From: Schizochytrium sp. TIO01
Taxonomy: Eukaryota; Protista; Bigyra: Labyrinthulomycetes
Direction: 5' to 3'
NCBI GenBank assembly: GCA_004764695.1
Contig: SMSO01000036.1
Coordinates: 744,001-808,000 of the forward strand
DNA length: 64,000 bases
Made by a program: the position numbers and the translations under genes. Shown piece after piece: positions 33,861-47,500 of the stretch. The notes beneath the pieces are model-generated. The model searched no databases. It was given only the letters and a program-made list of their open reading frames with translations, and had not been told where the DNA came from. The stretch's first letter is position 1. Each line of letters opens with the position of its first letter.

Positions 33861-34057
33861 TCGCAAAGCCTTCTATTGCTTTTGGTAAATCCACTCCTAT
33901 AGTTAGTGATAGATATTGCCCTTGGTCTGTGGAGCATGGCCTCTCTGCCCAGAACCGTGGCTTTTTGTCCAAGGTCTCCAAATCCTCTGCGAGGTGGAGC
34001 AAACCCTTAAAGCCGTTTCTGAACGCCAGTGATCTGTGTAGACTCTGTGTAAGAACT

Positions 34058-35074
34058 ATGAGCACCCAGGCAGACTCTGAGGCCTTTGGCGCTGCCGTCA
34101 AGGTCAAGGCCGCGGAGATCGCGGAGCCTTTCCGGCAAGAGACCCAGGACCTCGTGGCTGCTTTGCCCAAGGAGGTCAAGCCGCTCTTGGTTGGCTTCTT
34201 GGCGAGTGACGACCCTGCCAGCAAACGCTATGCAGAGTGGACTGGACGTTCCTGCGAGAAAGACGGTATCAACTTCGAGCTGCGCGAATGCCAGGCCTAT
34301 GACCTCGAGGAGAAGGTTCTTGAGGCCAACGCAGACCCTAAGGTCCATGGCATTATGATCTACTACCCATGCTTCGGTGCCGTTCCATCATTTTACGGTG
34401 GCCGTATGGACGACCACCTTCGCGACATTGTTGCTGTGGAGAAGGACGTCGAGGGACTCTGCTTCACCTACAGGCACTACCTTTACCACAACGTACGCTA
34501 CTTGCCGAAACTTAGCGGCGAGCCCTCAGATAAGAAGTGCCTGCTCCCCTGCACTCCATTGGCTCTCGTGAAAATCCTTGAGGGGTTGAATGTTTATGAT
34601 GAGACTTTGCCCAGGGGCAACCGCATGTCTGGTCAAACCGTGACTGTCATTAACCGTAGCGAGATTGTTGGTCGCCCTCTTGGTGCCATGCTCGCCAACG
34701 ACGGTGCTGACGTCTTCAGCGTGGATATCGACTCAATCTACCTGATGCGTCGTGCAAAGATGCTGCCTACTGAAGTGACCGTCGAAGAGGCCTGTAAAAG
34801 GTCCAAGGTCATCGTCACTGGTGTACCTACCGAAAACTACAAGCTGCCCACCGAATGGGTGCAGCCTGGCACCGTGGTTCTTAATGTCTCTCACTACAAA
34901 AACGTAGATGAGGAGGCGCTCCTGAAGATTCCTGGTGTTCGCTACGTCTCTCTTGTTGGCAAGGTTACTGTTGCCATGCTCGAAAGAAATCTCATTCGCC
35001 TTATTAACAACTTCCACCTCCCAGACTCGAACGTGAAGGTTGTCGAGGCTGGTGGCCGTGTTGTTGATATCTAA
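34058..35074 (+). CDS. NAD-dependent methylenetetrahydrofolate dehydrogenase (yeast MTD1-type), 338 aa from ATG 34058
   Basis: PLLVGFLAS.DPASKRYAEWTGRSCE, VHGIMIYYP, KDVEGL, LPCTPLALVKILEGLNVY..LPRGNRMSGQTVTVINRSEIVGRPLGAMLANDGADVFSVDI, VGKVTVAMLERNL. The upstream in-frame extension is repeat-derived. Confidence 0.9.
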   Translation: MSTQADSEAFGAAVKVKAAEIAEPFRQETQDLVAALPKEVKPLLVGFLASDDPASKRYAEWTGRSCEKDGINFELRECQAYDLEEKVLEANADPKVHGIMIYYPCFGAVPSFYGGRMDDHLRDIVAVEKDVEGLCFTYRHYLYHNVRYLPKLSGEPSDKKCLLPCTPLALVKILEGLNVYDETLPRGNRMSGQTVTVINRSEIVGRPLGAMLANDGADVFSVDIDSIYLMRRAKMLPTEVTVEEACKRSKVIVTGVPTENYKLPTEWVQPGTVVLNVSHYKNVDEEALLKIPGVRYVSLVGKVTVAMLERNLIRLINNFHLPDSNVKVVEAGGRVVDI

Positions 35075-36968
35075 TCTAAACTGGTAGTGATTCGCCGTGA
35101 TCCAGAACATAGTTCGCGCACTTTAGCTTCCACCCAACCATTAACACTTTCTTTGAGCGTTATTCTTAGGTCAACCATAGATTTGATTTGATTTATGCGT
35201 GCTTATGCTCATGTTTACTGCTGCAGTGTTAGAGTTTGCCGTTGTCTCACCAAACGCTGATTTGTGTCTACCTAGCTTGTCTTTATAGAATTCCAAGTTG
35301 TGTCGAGCCTCGACTTCTTTCGCTTGTTTTCATGGTCGCTCAGTAGACTTCTACTACTCCTGCGGTTAAAAAATGTAAACTCTTAAACTGCATACGTTAT
35401 CAATTGTACTTCAATCAGTGCTCGAAAATTTGCACACATCACCTTTAAACTGACTCATTCTCGCCCAAACATAGGCTGGATGCTGCCCTTTCTCTACATT
35501 CGTGTGCGGTATTCACACTCCATATTGCCAACAAATTTACTTGAATACTATAGATTCTCTGACCTAAGTATTTCCGCCAACTACAATAATCAAACTTGTG
35601 CTCGATAGACTTTAGTTCACAAAGTCATATTAAAACCAAACAGCAAAAGTAATGGACTTGCTCGAAGAATAAATTTTGAGTACTTTCCGCTTTTAATCTT
35701 CATGCAGACGTGTCTTTGCTTGCAATTCAATGCCGCAAGTCATTATGGTAGGCTATTTTTTCTTTTCTTTTCTTTCTCCAATTTGCTTCTTTGCTCATCT
35801 CCACCTACGAAAGGAAAAATTGATCAATACTAAATTAAGAGCAAACTACAAGCACTCACTTTGCCTGAAACTATGTCAGGCCTCCCACCTTTAATTCTTA
35901 CTGTTTGCAGTAGTTACATTGTTTTACTTTTTAATGAAAAATTATTTAGAGAAATCACCAAGCAATTGCAATTTTTCATCGGACGGCACCCATTTCTGAC
36001 CAAAGCAACGACTTTAGCTAGAGGAGACTAACAACATGAAGGTGTATCGATTCTCTACTTTGTTTCTAAAAGAAGAAAAAATTAGCAGTCTTCAAGCAAC
36101 ACTCATAATCTACGTAAATCAATCTCGAATTCTGCGCTGATCTCATTATCTTAGGTCCTGGACATTTTTAGTGTTGAGAAGAGCAACTTTGTTTCTTCAA
36201 AACCGACTTAAAGCTAGTAAAAGGATTCAATATTGCAGTGATTTTATTTTCTTAGATTCAGGTTTGAGCAATCTCCAAATTTTCTGAAATAGAATTTTCC
36301 AAGAAACTATGAAATAAAGCGTCATCCTAGTTAATGGCGGTGTATTTGCGGGTTCAGAAAAGTACTACTATCTCTATCTAAACCTAATACTACTACTCAC
36401 TTAGAGTTTCTTAGGACATAATATGTTAATAAGAAAAACTTTGGACCCTTTAAGTGACACATCAGAATCCTTCTCAATGGTGTAACTTGGAGGTCCCTTA
36501 ATTGAAACGGTCATATACAAGAGTATTTCATATGCACAAACCTAGAAGATCAGAACTGCTACTTATATGAGTCTTGTTGTAGGCATATGAGACAAACAGG
36601 GCTACTAGTCTGGGCAAAACAGACTAATAAAACGCATCTCTTGTTGTGCGTGAAGGTATAGGCCAAGTCACGAACCTTAAACTTAGGCTGCGGAGACTCT
36701 TGAAAGCATCAGTTCTGGCTCATTCCTAACGTGTCCGTGGTGAACCAAAGCACTCTCAACTATCAGTTAGTCCAATTTCAACCTGTCTAGCGCAAGTCAG
36801 GTACTATACTTTACTAGAGGTCGACCATTTGCATCGGAGCTCGATCTTGTACTTGACGAACTAGAAGAGCTCGTCAGTCTCTATTCGTTGTTTCTTATAA
36901 CAAGGAGATTTCAAATAAAGACTTAGATAAGTTTAGACGAACTCACTTCCAGGTTTGTGAAAGACCAA

Positions 36969-39900
36969 ATGTCGCTCTATATTGATGTTCCTGTAGCAGC
37001 ACCAAATGTACCTGGTGTCGAGAACGAGAGCAAAGACACAATCTCAAGTGACAAGATTTTTCGAACTTCTGCGACTAGTTGGTGCAAGTCAGAAAATATT
37101 CTTGCTATCGCAGGTGAGGGTCGCGGTGTTTGGTTTGTTAATGAAGAAGGTGAGCTCATCGCAGGAGCTGACCTTGTTCGCAGCAGCCGAAACAGTGAGG
37201 CATGTGTTTTAGATTGGCGAGTCCGTAGCAAAGTACTTGCAGCAGGTTGGGATGATGGAGCTGTGACTCTTTGGAATGTAAAGGACCGCATTCTTAAAGA
37301 AGATACCTCAGTCCACGCCAGTGCTATCACAGTAACGTCTTGGACTCCAGAAGGATCTCGGCTCCTTACCGCGGATCGGCACGGCCTCATGGCACTCTGG
37401 CGGACAGACCATCGTGGTCGCCTTGCAGTTGTTTGTAAGCGAGACCTTGGCAATGGTGAAGACATCACTTGTTGTTGCTGGATGCTTACGCCCGAGTACC
37501 GAGAAGCCCAACGTGAACTCGCTACGCCTCCTCAGCATGTTTTTGTGGGTACTAAATGCGGATCAGTATTTCTTGTTAACCTTAAGGGAGAAATGCTAAG
37601 TGCTGCTCTTCTAGAGTCTGGGCTGCGAAGCATGCGCTGGTTCGAGGAAGAGCAAAGGTTAGTTGTAGTCACAGAGGACGCATCTCTAATTCAACTCAAG
37701 CCAGAAAATAACTGTACCGAGCTACAAGTTGTTACAAAATTCAAACTTTCCCTCAGCGCCTCGGCCGCAATCAGTGGAATCACAGAGGCTGTATGGACGT
37801 GCCCAGGCCTATTGGCAACGTGCGCTGCCGAGGGTTATGTTCGACTATGGGATTTAGCAAATGATACTAGCTATTCCTTGAACCTTCCGCTCCTGTCTTC
37901 TGATTCAGACACCTCGCAGCAAGCAAGTCCAAGGTCAGAAGACCACGCAACGCATATCGCCTTTAATGCGAGAACACGGATTCTTGCTGTGAGTACAAGG
38001 CATGGCCGCCTCGCTCTTTGGCGGTTTGTCGGAGAAGCGGCCACTCCAATAAACGAGAGCGAACTTGAGACGGAGGATAAGGAAAACGGTAGTGAGCATT
38101 CCAAAGGTGGTTCACACTTGACTCGATTTCATTTTCCAGAGACAAATCGCTCCAGCTGGGAGTCAGTTGCAACTCTAAGCTCGGTTTCAGCACCAGTCCT
38201 TTCGATTGCATGGGGACTCCGTGAAGGTTCTTTAGCCGTAGTGATGAAGGACCGTGTGAGTATTATGAATGAGACGGTTTTACATCGCGCTTTACGGTGT
38301 GATGTTGCTGCTTTACAACTTTCTGCACAGCGCCTACTCGTACTCCGTGGGAAGGCAACCAGAATTGAAGTAAACGCTAAACTACGCATCAAAGGTCTTG
38401 ATGTAAACGATACACATGTTCTTGTGTGGTCGCAACGCAAAGCTGAAGTGTATGAGCTTAAGGATTCGCATACGGAACTTGTTGCTAGCTTTCCTACAAA
38501 AGCTGATGCAATGGCCCTCTATGAACAGACTATTCTGCAAACGAAGGGAAGCCACCTGCTAGTTTGTAACCTTCAAGGTGTTTCACGCAAGGAAATTACT
38601 TTTTCTGAACATGAGGGAGAACCTCGTTTAATGCACATCAATGGCAAGTTCCTTGTTGTGGCCACGCACAAAGGCATGCTCAAAGTTTTTGATGTTTCTC
38701 GGCGTGACACACGTTTAGTTGGTTCTCCAACATGGTTTGTAGGACAAACGCGCACAAAATCTGGCCAGCTAAGTAAGCAAAATCCAATTGGAGAGATTCG
38801 CTCAATTCGGTGTAATGCAGAAGGTACACGTGTGAGTGTTCTTGCTGACACAGTACGCGGCCAGCATATGCGTGAGCCAGACACGCGAATTCATGTTTGG
38901 AACTTAGATAAGCATGAATTTGAAGTTTACGAGTTTGGCCCAAAACGCTACCCTATCTCACACTTTTGGGACGGCCAAGAACCAAAGCTACTCGTTTGTG
39001 AGGCCAAGCGCTTACGAAAAAGTGTAAGCTCGTTCGAAGAGCCAGCCGATGCTAAAACAAAATCATCTAAGGAGCTGAAGGGCAGTCGCCTACGCATTGT
39101 CAGTGATGAGGAAGATATTAGTCCCACCTCCTCGGAAGGGGATATAAAAGATGTTCAAGCTGCAGATGAAGAGCGGGAACGTCTAGAAAAGATGCGCGCA
39201 GCACTTCGACACCATAAAGGGGATATTGATATTGCCGAAACGGAGGTAGTGACTCTGTTTTCTACCGATGAACGCGTTGGCGTCATGATGCAAGATTCTT
39301 TTCCACTTGATGCTGATTTTGAGGCTCTTCTTGGGCTTCGAGTACCCAAGCTTTTCTTTATTAGTAAGCCTGGTGAAGATAACAAACCGAAACTTCGAGA
39401 ACGAATTATGCGTGACTTCGCTGGCTTTGATCAAGGATTAGATGAAGAAACTCGAAAAGCTCTCGTGAATTTCAGCTATTTTTTGACAATCGGAAACATG
39501 GATGAGGCGTACCGAGCTGTGAAGTTGATTGACGACGTTTCGGTTTGGGAGAATATGGCCCATATGTGCGTGAAAACACGGCGTCTTGACGTTGCAGAGA
39601 TGTGCATGGGCAATATGGGCCACGCACGAGGTGCTCAAGCACTGCGAGAAAGTAAGCGAGAACCTGAAATTGAGGCACAAATAGCTACTGTTGCAATACA
39701 ACTGGGGCTTCTTGATGATGCAGAGCGATTATATGTCGAATGCGGGCGCTATGATCTTTTAAATAAGATGCTCAGACACAGTGGGCAATGGACAAAGGCA
39801 CTAGAGGTAGCAAATAGTTTTGACCGGATTCACTTGCGCGAGACTCATTTCGAATACGGTCGCCATCTAGAAAGTATGGGAGACTTCAAAGCCGCAATTG

Positions 39901-41711
39901 CAAATTATGAAGCATCTGGCACTCACCGTAAACAAGTACCGCGTATGCTCTTTGAGGCAGAGCGCTTGGACGAACTTGAATCCTACATTCAAAGTCAATG
40001 CGACGAAGAGCTGACCAAATGGTGGGGTCAGTATTGCGAGAGTTTAGGAGAGTTTGACCGAGCTATCCACGTTTACCACCGTGCTTCTGATGACTTATCC
40101 TTGGTAAGAGTACACTGCGTTATGAAAAACTTTCGAGCCGCATCAGAGGTCGCACTGAATAGCTCCAATCCAGCGGCGTCATATCATCTTGCACGGCAAT
40201 GCGAGCAACAAGGCGATGTATCGGAGGCTATTCAATTCTATTCTCGCGCTGGTCGTTACAACCACGCAGTTCGTTTGGCGAAAGAGCGCGGGCTAAATGC
40301 TGATATTGTTACTCTTGCCTTGCGAGCGTCAAAGTCCACTATGGTTGAGGCGGCAAAGTATCTTGAAGCAAAAGGCCTCAACGAAGACGCAGTCGTTCTA
40401 TATCAAAAAGGAGGAAATGTCCCTCGTGCTCTGGATTTGTGTTTTCGCTCCGAGCTCTTCGATCAGCTCACAGACATTGCAGACAGTTTGACTCTACGCA
40501 AACCATATGCTCGACCTGGCTCTAGTACTCGCAGTCGTCCAACGTCTGCAGCCCATGGTCCAGAAAGTGGCTATCCTGAGCGCCCAGAAAGTGCAAGTAG
40601 TCAAACACGAGAGGAGTATGAACAAGATACTACAGAATCCTCCCCTGAGATCCTGACACGATGTGCGGAGTTCTTCATTGAACATCGAAAGTTTGATAAA
40701 GCTGTGCATTTATATATCACCGCTGGTGACTATGAAACAGCAATTGAACATTGCTTCCATCAAAAGGTACATATTTCAGAAGAGATGGCTGAATCCATGA
40801 CACTAGAGAAGCTTACTTCCAGTACTTCGGATAAGAAGAATCCCCGTGCTATTGCACGGGTGAAGGAACACAATGAACGGCGACAATGCATTTTAGAAAG
40901 TATCGCTAAATGTTGCAAAAAACAAGGTTCGTTTCATTTAGCAACGAAGAAGTACACCCAAGCTGGTGACCGTCTTCGAGCAATGAAATGCTTACTAAGA
41001 TCAGGAGATACCGAAAAGATTATTTTGTACGCCGGAGTGTCTCGCAATAGAGAAATATATGTTCTCGCAGCAAACTACTTGCAAAATCTTGATTGGCAAA
41101 ACGATGCAGAAATTATGAAGGCAATTATTTCTTACTACTCCAAAGCTAAAGCATATCAGCAGCTAGCTGGCTTTTATGAAGCCTGTGCGCAAATGGAAGT
41201 CGAAGCTTTTAGAGATTATGAAAAGTCTTTGGGAGCGCTTAAAGAGGCTGTGAAGGCTTTGGGAAAAGAAAAGGATGGAGAGTTGAAAGAAGAAATGCTT
41301 GTATCATTGCAACAACGAATTTCTCTCGTCGAACGTTTTGTCCATGCTCGTGCACTAGTAGTAAGTGACCCGGACGAAGCTGATCGCATGTGTAATGGCC
41401 TTCTTTCTCATCCTGAAGTAGAAACTGCGGTTCGCGTAGGAGATATATTTGGACTGCTCATCGAACATCATGTTAAAAACCGTGAGTTCGATGATGCGCA
41501 CCGTCTCGTTGAAAAAATGAAGGCAAGGAACGTTTCTGTTGGTTCTCATGTTGACGATGATGTTTTAGAAAAAATTGCACGAGCTGTTGGAATTGACTCG
41601 CTTCTGGACGAAGACGCTTTCCGACCTGGCAAGGGTGGAGCTCTTGGAGTGGACTCTGCGGATGAATTAGACGACGAAATTGAGGAGGATCTTGACTGGG
41701 GTCATAAATAA
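36969..41711 (+). CDS. IFT140: Intraflagellar transport protein 140 (IFT-A core); likely start ATG 36969
   Basis: N-terminal WD40 propellers; [13 protein letters not shown]; MRDFAG; [20 protein letters not shown]...[25 protein letters not shown]; [34 protein letters not shown]; [13 protein letters not shown]; acidic C-terminus. Confidence 0.96.
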   Translation: MSLYIDVPVAAPNVPGVENESKDTISSDKIFRTSATSWCKSENILAIAGEGRGVWFVNEEGELIAGADLVRSSRNSEACVLDWRVRSKVLAAGWDDGAVTLWNVKDRILKEDTSVHASAITVTSWTPEGSRLLTADRHGLMALWRTDHRGRLAVVCKRDLGNGEDITCCCWMLTPEYREAQRELATPPQHVFVGTKCGSVFLVNLKGEMLSAALLESGLRSMRWFEEEQRLVVVTEDASLIQLKPENNCTELQVVTKFKLSLSASAAISGITEAVWTCPGLLATCAAEGYVRLWDLANDTSYSLNLPLLSSDSDTSQQASPRSEDHATHIAFNARTRILAVSTRHGRLALWRFVGEAATPINESELETEDKENGSEHSKGGSHLTRFHFPETNRSSWESVATLSSVSAPVLSIAWGLREGSLAVVMKDRVSIMNETVLHRALRCDVAALQLSAQRLLVLRGKATRIEVNAKLRIKGLDVNDTHVLVWSQRKAEVYELKDSHTELVASFPTKADAMALYEQTILQTKGSHLLVCNLQGVSRKEITFSEHEGEPRLMHINGKFLVVATHKGMLKVFDVSRRDTRLVGSPTWFVGQTRTKSGQLSKQNPIGEIRSIRCNAEGTRVSVLADTVRGQHMREPDTRIHVWNLDKHEFEVYEFGPKRYPISHFWDGQEPKLLVCEAKRLRKSVSSFEEPADAKTKSSKELKGSRLRIVSDEEDISPTSSEGDIKDVQAADEERERLEKMRAALRHHKGDIDIAETEVVTLFSTDERVGVMMQDSFPLDADFEALLGLRVPKLFFISKPGEDNKPKLRERIMRDFAGFDQGLDEETRKALVNFSYFLTIGNMDEAYRAVKLIDDVSVWENMAHMCVKTRRLDVAEMCMGNMGHARGAQALRESKREPEIEAQIATVAIQLGLLDDAERLYVECGRYDLLNKMLRHSGQWTKALEVANSFDRIHLRETHFEYGRHLESMGDFKAAIANYEASGTHRKQVPRMLFEAERLDELESYIQSQCDEELTKWWGQYCESLGEFDRAIHVYHRASDDLSLVRVHCVMKNFRAASEVALNSSNPAASYHLARQCEQQGDVSEAIQFYSRAGRYNHAVRLAKERGLNADIVTLALRASKSTMVEAAKYLEAKGLNEDAVVLYQKGGNVPRALDLCFRSELFDQLTDIADSLTLRKPYARPGSSTRSRPTSAAHGPESGYPERPESASSQTREEYEQDTTESSPEILTRCAEFFIEHRKFDKAVHLYITAGDYETAIEHCFHQKVHISEEMAESMTLEKLTSSTSDKKNPRAIARVKEHNERRQCILESIAKCCKKQGSFHLATKKYTQAGDRLRAMKCLLRSGDTEKIILYAGVSRNREIYVLAANYLQNLDWQNDAEIMKAIISYYSKAKAYQQLAGFYEACAQMEVEAFRDYEKSLGALKEAVKALGKEKDGELKEEMLVSLQQRISLVERFVHARALVVSDPDEADRMCNGLLSHPEVETAVRVGDIFGLLIEHHVKNREFDDAHRLVEKMKARNVSVGSHVDDDVLEKIARAVGIDSLLDEDAFRPGKGGALGVDSADELDDEIEEDLDWGHK

Positions 41712-43349
41712 TGAACATTTCTATGCAGTACCAAGAAATTGCATCTGAAAGTATTGTTGTCCTTAAGATATGAGACGTTGGTCTTTGTTAGCATTCCCAC
41801 CTGCCTGCATGGCATGAGTCGCCTGGTAACATCAGTGCGCAGCAAGGTCATTGAAAGGAATTACTGTTTTATAAATTCGAGCACATATTTGGAGGCACTG
41901 TTTCAAAAGGGTGATTGTAGTATGATCAAATTAATCAATAAATCATAATATTATTTTGAAAACGTTTGCAGTCCTCAGCCCCCTCCCCCCCCAAAAAGGA
42001 AGAAGTAAAATCAAGATGAGGCTGCTTAAGATCGATCAGTCAGATATAGTGGTTCAGTAGTTACAGCTTCTAACCAGTGAAAATATCAGTAGATCTAAAT
42101 GGAAAATCGGCAGGCTAAACTGTATTCGGAAGCAAATACACACCCTTGACTTCTATCACATTTTCCTGAGATGACTCCCAGTGCAAGAAATTCCTTAGCA
42201 TGTTAGAGTAAGTCCTGGCCAATATAAAACGGAAAGTGTCTTCAGTTATGGATTTGCTAGTTTTAATCTTAAACTGGGCTACGAGTGGCGATAATATATC
42301 AAGAAGACGTCCTAGATCTTTCGGTTCTCACTCACGGAGTAGATAGCAAAGATCTAATTTTTAATAACAAAGCAAAGCGCATCTGGTGAAACAATGGCTC
42401 TAGATAGCTAAAAACCATTCGGAGTTGTTTTAATTCCAATTTCTCGAATTCTCCAGTAAAAACTATGAAGTTTTCAAACGCAAGAATAGTTCCTTGTATT
42501 GATTATCAATTTATAGCATAGTATTTTTTGCAGGGTTGAAGGTTTTTGTTTCTCATTTTAGAGCAACGTGAGACACTTTGCTCTCTGATACGACTATTTA
42601 CAACGCCAAAAGTACCAAAACACTTCATTGTAATTTAGGGACCATTTAAAAGTCATTCTGCTGCGAACAACGAAGTTTTAAAAAATGGTATTCTTCTGAA
42701 ACTGGCTCAACGTGCCATGTTTCATACGCAGCCGTTTGCAGGCTCTTCAAACTCCTTCATATTCAAGTCGAAATCAAAGGAAGATTTTAACTTGGGAAGC
42801 GAGAATGAAATAAGATAAAAATGATTGATTCAATCTGTACCACGTGTACTATCTTATAGCGGACAATTTGTAAACGATTTTGGCTAATGAAGAATCATTA
42901 ATCTAAGACATTAGTTGGACCTATTTTTCTTTTCTTTTTGTATAGCCAGGTAGAATGCGCTAACAAACACACTGGACTCAACTTCAAAAGGTCTCGCTAC
43001 AAATTCAGAACCTTTAACCTAGCCTTGCTATTTTAAAGTATTAATTTTCGTAATAAAGAAGAAAAAGGAAACCACAGTACTTCTCAGTATAATTAGTATC
43101 TTGAGGTTAGACAAAAAAGAACTTGAAGCCTTCATCATGATAGTCTGCAATTTCACAACAAGAGCAGACGACGCTAATGTCTAAAAGTATGACTAACGTT
43201 ACTTAGTACACCAAATTCTTAACTTTTGACTTGAGCTGATGGTTAGCATGGTCAAAGCACGCGTTGGTTCAGATTAAAAGACTATAAGAGACCGTGTGAA
43301 ATCTAAGAGTCCAAATATACGATAGTCTACTTCAGCCTCGGCTATATTC

Positions 43350-43377
43350 ACCCCCCCCCCCCCCCCCCCCCCCACCC
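43350..43377. repeat. Poly-C homopolymer (G-tract on minus strand)
   Basis: Over 20 consecutive C. Confidence 0.9.
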
Positions 43378-44578
43378 TTTTTATCCTTCAAAATAAACAG
43401 ACTTGGCCACGACTTCAACTAATTCTTCATCCATACATGCGTAACCAGGGATCACTTTACTGCATTCTCCATATAGTCATTGTCATAAAGAGGATTAGGC
43501 TTTATAAAGATGCTCTGAAAAGAGAACAACAACGTATTGGATTCTCGCAGAAGCAAAGCTCATAGTTTTCAGTCTAGTTGGTGATGCACAAGAAGACATT
43601 GTTTCTTCTTCTTTTAGTTCGTAGGGTGATCACTTAAAGGCCAACTTAAACATGGTCACGGCTTGCGTCCGGGCCTGGGCCGGACGGCAAGCTAAAAACC
43701 CATTTGCTACCAAACTGTGCACGCAGAGCATTAATTCTTTGCCCTTTTCACATAGTAACGATCATCAGTTGATTAATCAACAACCCGATCAAAGACAATA
43801 GAAAGTGTCAGTTCCTTGTGAAAGAAGCAAGCAACTGTGAAAGAAGCAAAACAGGATTGGAGTGCTTGGAACGCTCAAATAAGTTAGAAATCAATCAACC
43901 AATATACCAAAAATGAGTCAGAAACGAAATATGGCCTAAGTCTTTTTTATTCAACGGATCCCTCCTGAAAATGTGGTTACTAAAGTACTATAACGATTTT
44001 TCTGTGATATTGTTGGAGAACCCGCGGAATGAATTGGTACCGTTGCTGTCCAGCAAAACCAGACGCGTTCTGTTGGAAGCAATGTACCGTTGCTCTCCCG
44101 AAATATGCATACAGATCTGGGAAGCGAGGAAAGCACTTTTGAGGAAGATTCTGGCTTTAAGCAATATAGTAAGTCCTATTCAACAATTGTCCAGGATTTC
44201 TAGGGACCCGGAAGGACAATTCCAGACTTTTGGCAAACGGATTCTTCACTACCAAGAAGAAGCTATTTCTTTGCCTACATACTGCAGAACTGGACAAGAG
44301 AAGCTAATTTTGTTTTATATCCCAAAGTACTTCAAAAATTTGTTAGAATTTTTTTACTGTTTGGAAACAACATATAGAGAAAACCTAAACAGTCGTACCT
44401 TGAGCTAGAAAAAACATCAACCTACTTTCCCTGATGGACAAACTCATTCCATGATATCCTTTTGCAACCAAGTAACTATGAAACTATAAAATATAAGGAA
44501 AGATATCACTCATCCTTCATTTCAAAATATTAACCTATCACCAAATCCAGAATCCAAACTAAACTTGAGCCTGGAAAA

Positions 44579-47500
44579 ATGAAAACCTTAAAATCGAAAA
44601 GTATATTTGTGTTTGTGAGCATTTTTACCATACTTTGTCAATACGCAGTAGTGGATGGTCGGCCCAACGAGATTCATCGACAATGGATCCTCGCTAATGT
44701 TCCCAGGTTGTTCGGCGAATTACAACGCACCTTGCTCATTCAATATCGCCTATAGACTTGTTGAAACTATTGTTGAAGATTTTCCAAACTATGGAAACGA
44801 TTCACAGCTGCTTGACGAAGTCAATAACGGTGCATACAATCCTCACGATACACGAAGCTTTGCACCATTTGTTTTCAATGCCTCAAATATGCAATGCATC
44901 GCAAACGGCCGTAACACCACCTTCATTGGTCTTACCCTTGAAGAAATTGCTGATGCACTCGATGTTCCTATTGTTCAGACCAACTTATCAGCCAGACTAT
45001 ACAGTGCTTCAGACTCTGATCACGACGGTTGGGTCACATTTTCTTTCACGTCTGAGGACTATCCTGATGACCCGGTTACACACTTGGGATACGTAAATCA
45101 AGTGAACAGCACAGACAGCAACGAAATATATGTCATACTTGCTATGTTTGCACAACGAACCTCTACTCGAGTTGAGTCTGACTCTTGTCCCACAACAGTA
45201 AATCGAAGATGCAGCATTGAGAACTCAATCTCTCTTGTAGGGAATATGCTAGCACGCGCAATGATGACAGAAACTCCCAAGCAACTCGTTAACCTGTGGC
45301 AAGAGTCATCTTTCCCTTTAGACACATATCTTAGAGAAGGAAACTGGTATTTGTTTGTATATGGGTTCGGGCAAAACTTTCCTCACTATGTTTTCGCACA
45401 TACGAGAACAGATTGGATTGGGAAAACACTGTACGAGATTTCAGAACTTTTCGTCAGTCCTAGCATTCAAAATGGAACTCTGATCCATGAACAATTTGTC
45501 GCTGCTGCTCTTCAAGGTGGTGCATGGGTTGATTACTCCTGGCAAACTAGCTCGACATCAGCAATTGGGCACAAAGTGAGCTACGTAGCAGGTGCAAAAC
45601 TCTTTGGAAACCAATATTACTTCGGAGTTGGTTTCGATCATAAGCGAGATGCTGCTGTTAGCTCAGCACTTTGTCAAACATGCTCTACAAATTATAGTGA
45701 ACCTTGCTCCATTGGAAATGCCCTAGCTATCAGTGCACACGCCGAAGTTGAGCTCCTTGCAAATAATGCAATCAACAAAACCTTTTATGACCTAAGCACA
45801 AGTGAAGAGTTCTACGCAGCTGGCGGATTCGGAGTTCTTATCGTCGATTACGACAACATGACCGTGATGGCTGATAGTCTTGATAGCTCTCTTCGAGGGT
45901 CAAATGTCGAAGCTGCGTTTCTTGCGAGACACATTACCCAAACTGACACAAGTCATAACACGCTGATCGAAATGGCTGATGGGGGTGGTGGCTGGGCACG
46001 ACTACCCAGCGAAGATGGCTTTGGAGATTTTGTTGCAATGGTGAGTCGTGTCAGTGAATATGACCATGACTATTATATTATGACCGGATATATTGATGCG
46101 ATTGCTCCAACGGAGACCGAGTGTTCTGCAGAGTTTGATGCAGGATGCTCTGCAAGTAGTGCGCGGGCCCTAGTAGGACACCTTGTGACTGCCATCAACA
46201 CTTGCGAGTCGGATGAAGAACTTGATGCGATCTTCTCTAACGTTAACAAAGGCCCAACATCAAACTATACTGTCAGCCCGAACTTCTATGCGATTGTGCT
46301 TGATGATGACTATTACATGCGGGCCGTAGGCGATCCTGACTTGCGTGGCTCCTGGAACATATCGACAGAGGTTAGCTTCCTGACGTACATGCGCGAAGAG
46401 CACAGTATTACATCTTTGGGTGAGGACTTTCTGTCTGACTTGCAAACAACTTCCTTTGAGCAAGGTGGAGGTTTTATCAGTGTTGAATGGAACGAAGCTG
46501 GTGGAACGTCCAAGAATGTCACCTTCTTCAGTCTTGTAGCTCAGCACTATGATGATTATGGTGAGCGCAAGAATTTCTTCGTAGCTAGTATCTTCACAAA
46601 TGCTGATGCGCCGACCTTATGCTCAGATGGTTGTCCTGAGAGCTCGTATTGCGTTGACGACGATGATAGTCTGCCGAGGCGCTGTGCATGTGGCTTTTAC
46701 TATGTTGCAGAGTACGAGGAGGAGAATTCAACTTGCGCAACGACACCGACTACAGATGTTACCATGAGCTGTACAATGGATCCTGACAAATCCAGCGTGA
46801 AAAGTGTTAAGGCGATTGCTCGCGCTTTAGGAATCATAAACTGCCTTTTTGCTCTGTTTTGTATCTCGTGGACTGTTCTGAGGCGTAATCATATCATTGT
46901 CAAAGCGTCACAGCCTATGCTACTGATATTGGTAGGACTTGGTACAATCGTATCCTCAATGACAATCTTCGTAATGACGATTGATGACTTTGTGGGGCCG
47001 CCGGCAGGCAATGGAGACAATACCCGAGCCAACCTTGCTTGTATGGCTCAGCCATGGTTTTATGGAGTCGGGTTTGCAATTACATACTGCAGTATGATTG
47101 TTAAACTGGAAAGAGTAGCAAAGGTATTTCGAAATGCTGCACTCATGAAAAAGACTCGAGGGGTGTCCATGAGAGCAACGGTAGCCTCGTTAGTCGGACT
47201 CTTATCAATTGAAGTGTTTGTACTTTTGCTTTGGACCTTTATCGATCCCCTGTATTTCGGACGTCCTGATGATAACCCATTGAACGGTGCGTGTAAGAGT
47301 CCTGCTTCTCAGGCATTCGTCATTGTTCTTGCAATGTACCATTTGATGTTATTGCTTCATGGCGCACGTTTAAGCTATCGATGCCGTAAGGTGAATGGTG
47401 TATTTGCTGAGACCAAGTATCTGAGCTTAGCAATGATTGGTAACCTTCAGGTATTGTTATTAGCATTACCTGTGATTGTTTTGACAGCTGACGATACAGC

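Noticed and set aside
33093-33888. Poly-Leu, poly-Glu/Arg and poly-Phe ORFs
   Set aside because: Translations of microsatellites; no domain signal.
43230-43275. A-box/B-box-like words (tagcatggtcaaagc, ggttcagat)
   Set aside because: No cloverleaf can be drawn; not called as a tRNA or SINE.
43817-43850. Direct repeat tgtgaaagaagcaa x2
   Set aside because: Only two adjacent copies, i.e. a local duplication and not an array.
43971-44408. 145-aa ORF upstream of GPCR copy A
   Set aside because: No recognisable motif; it may be chance or decayed coding sequence and cannot be supported.
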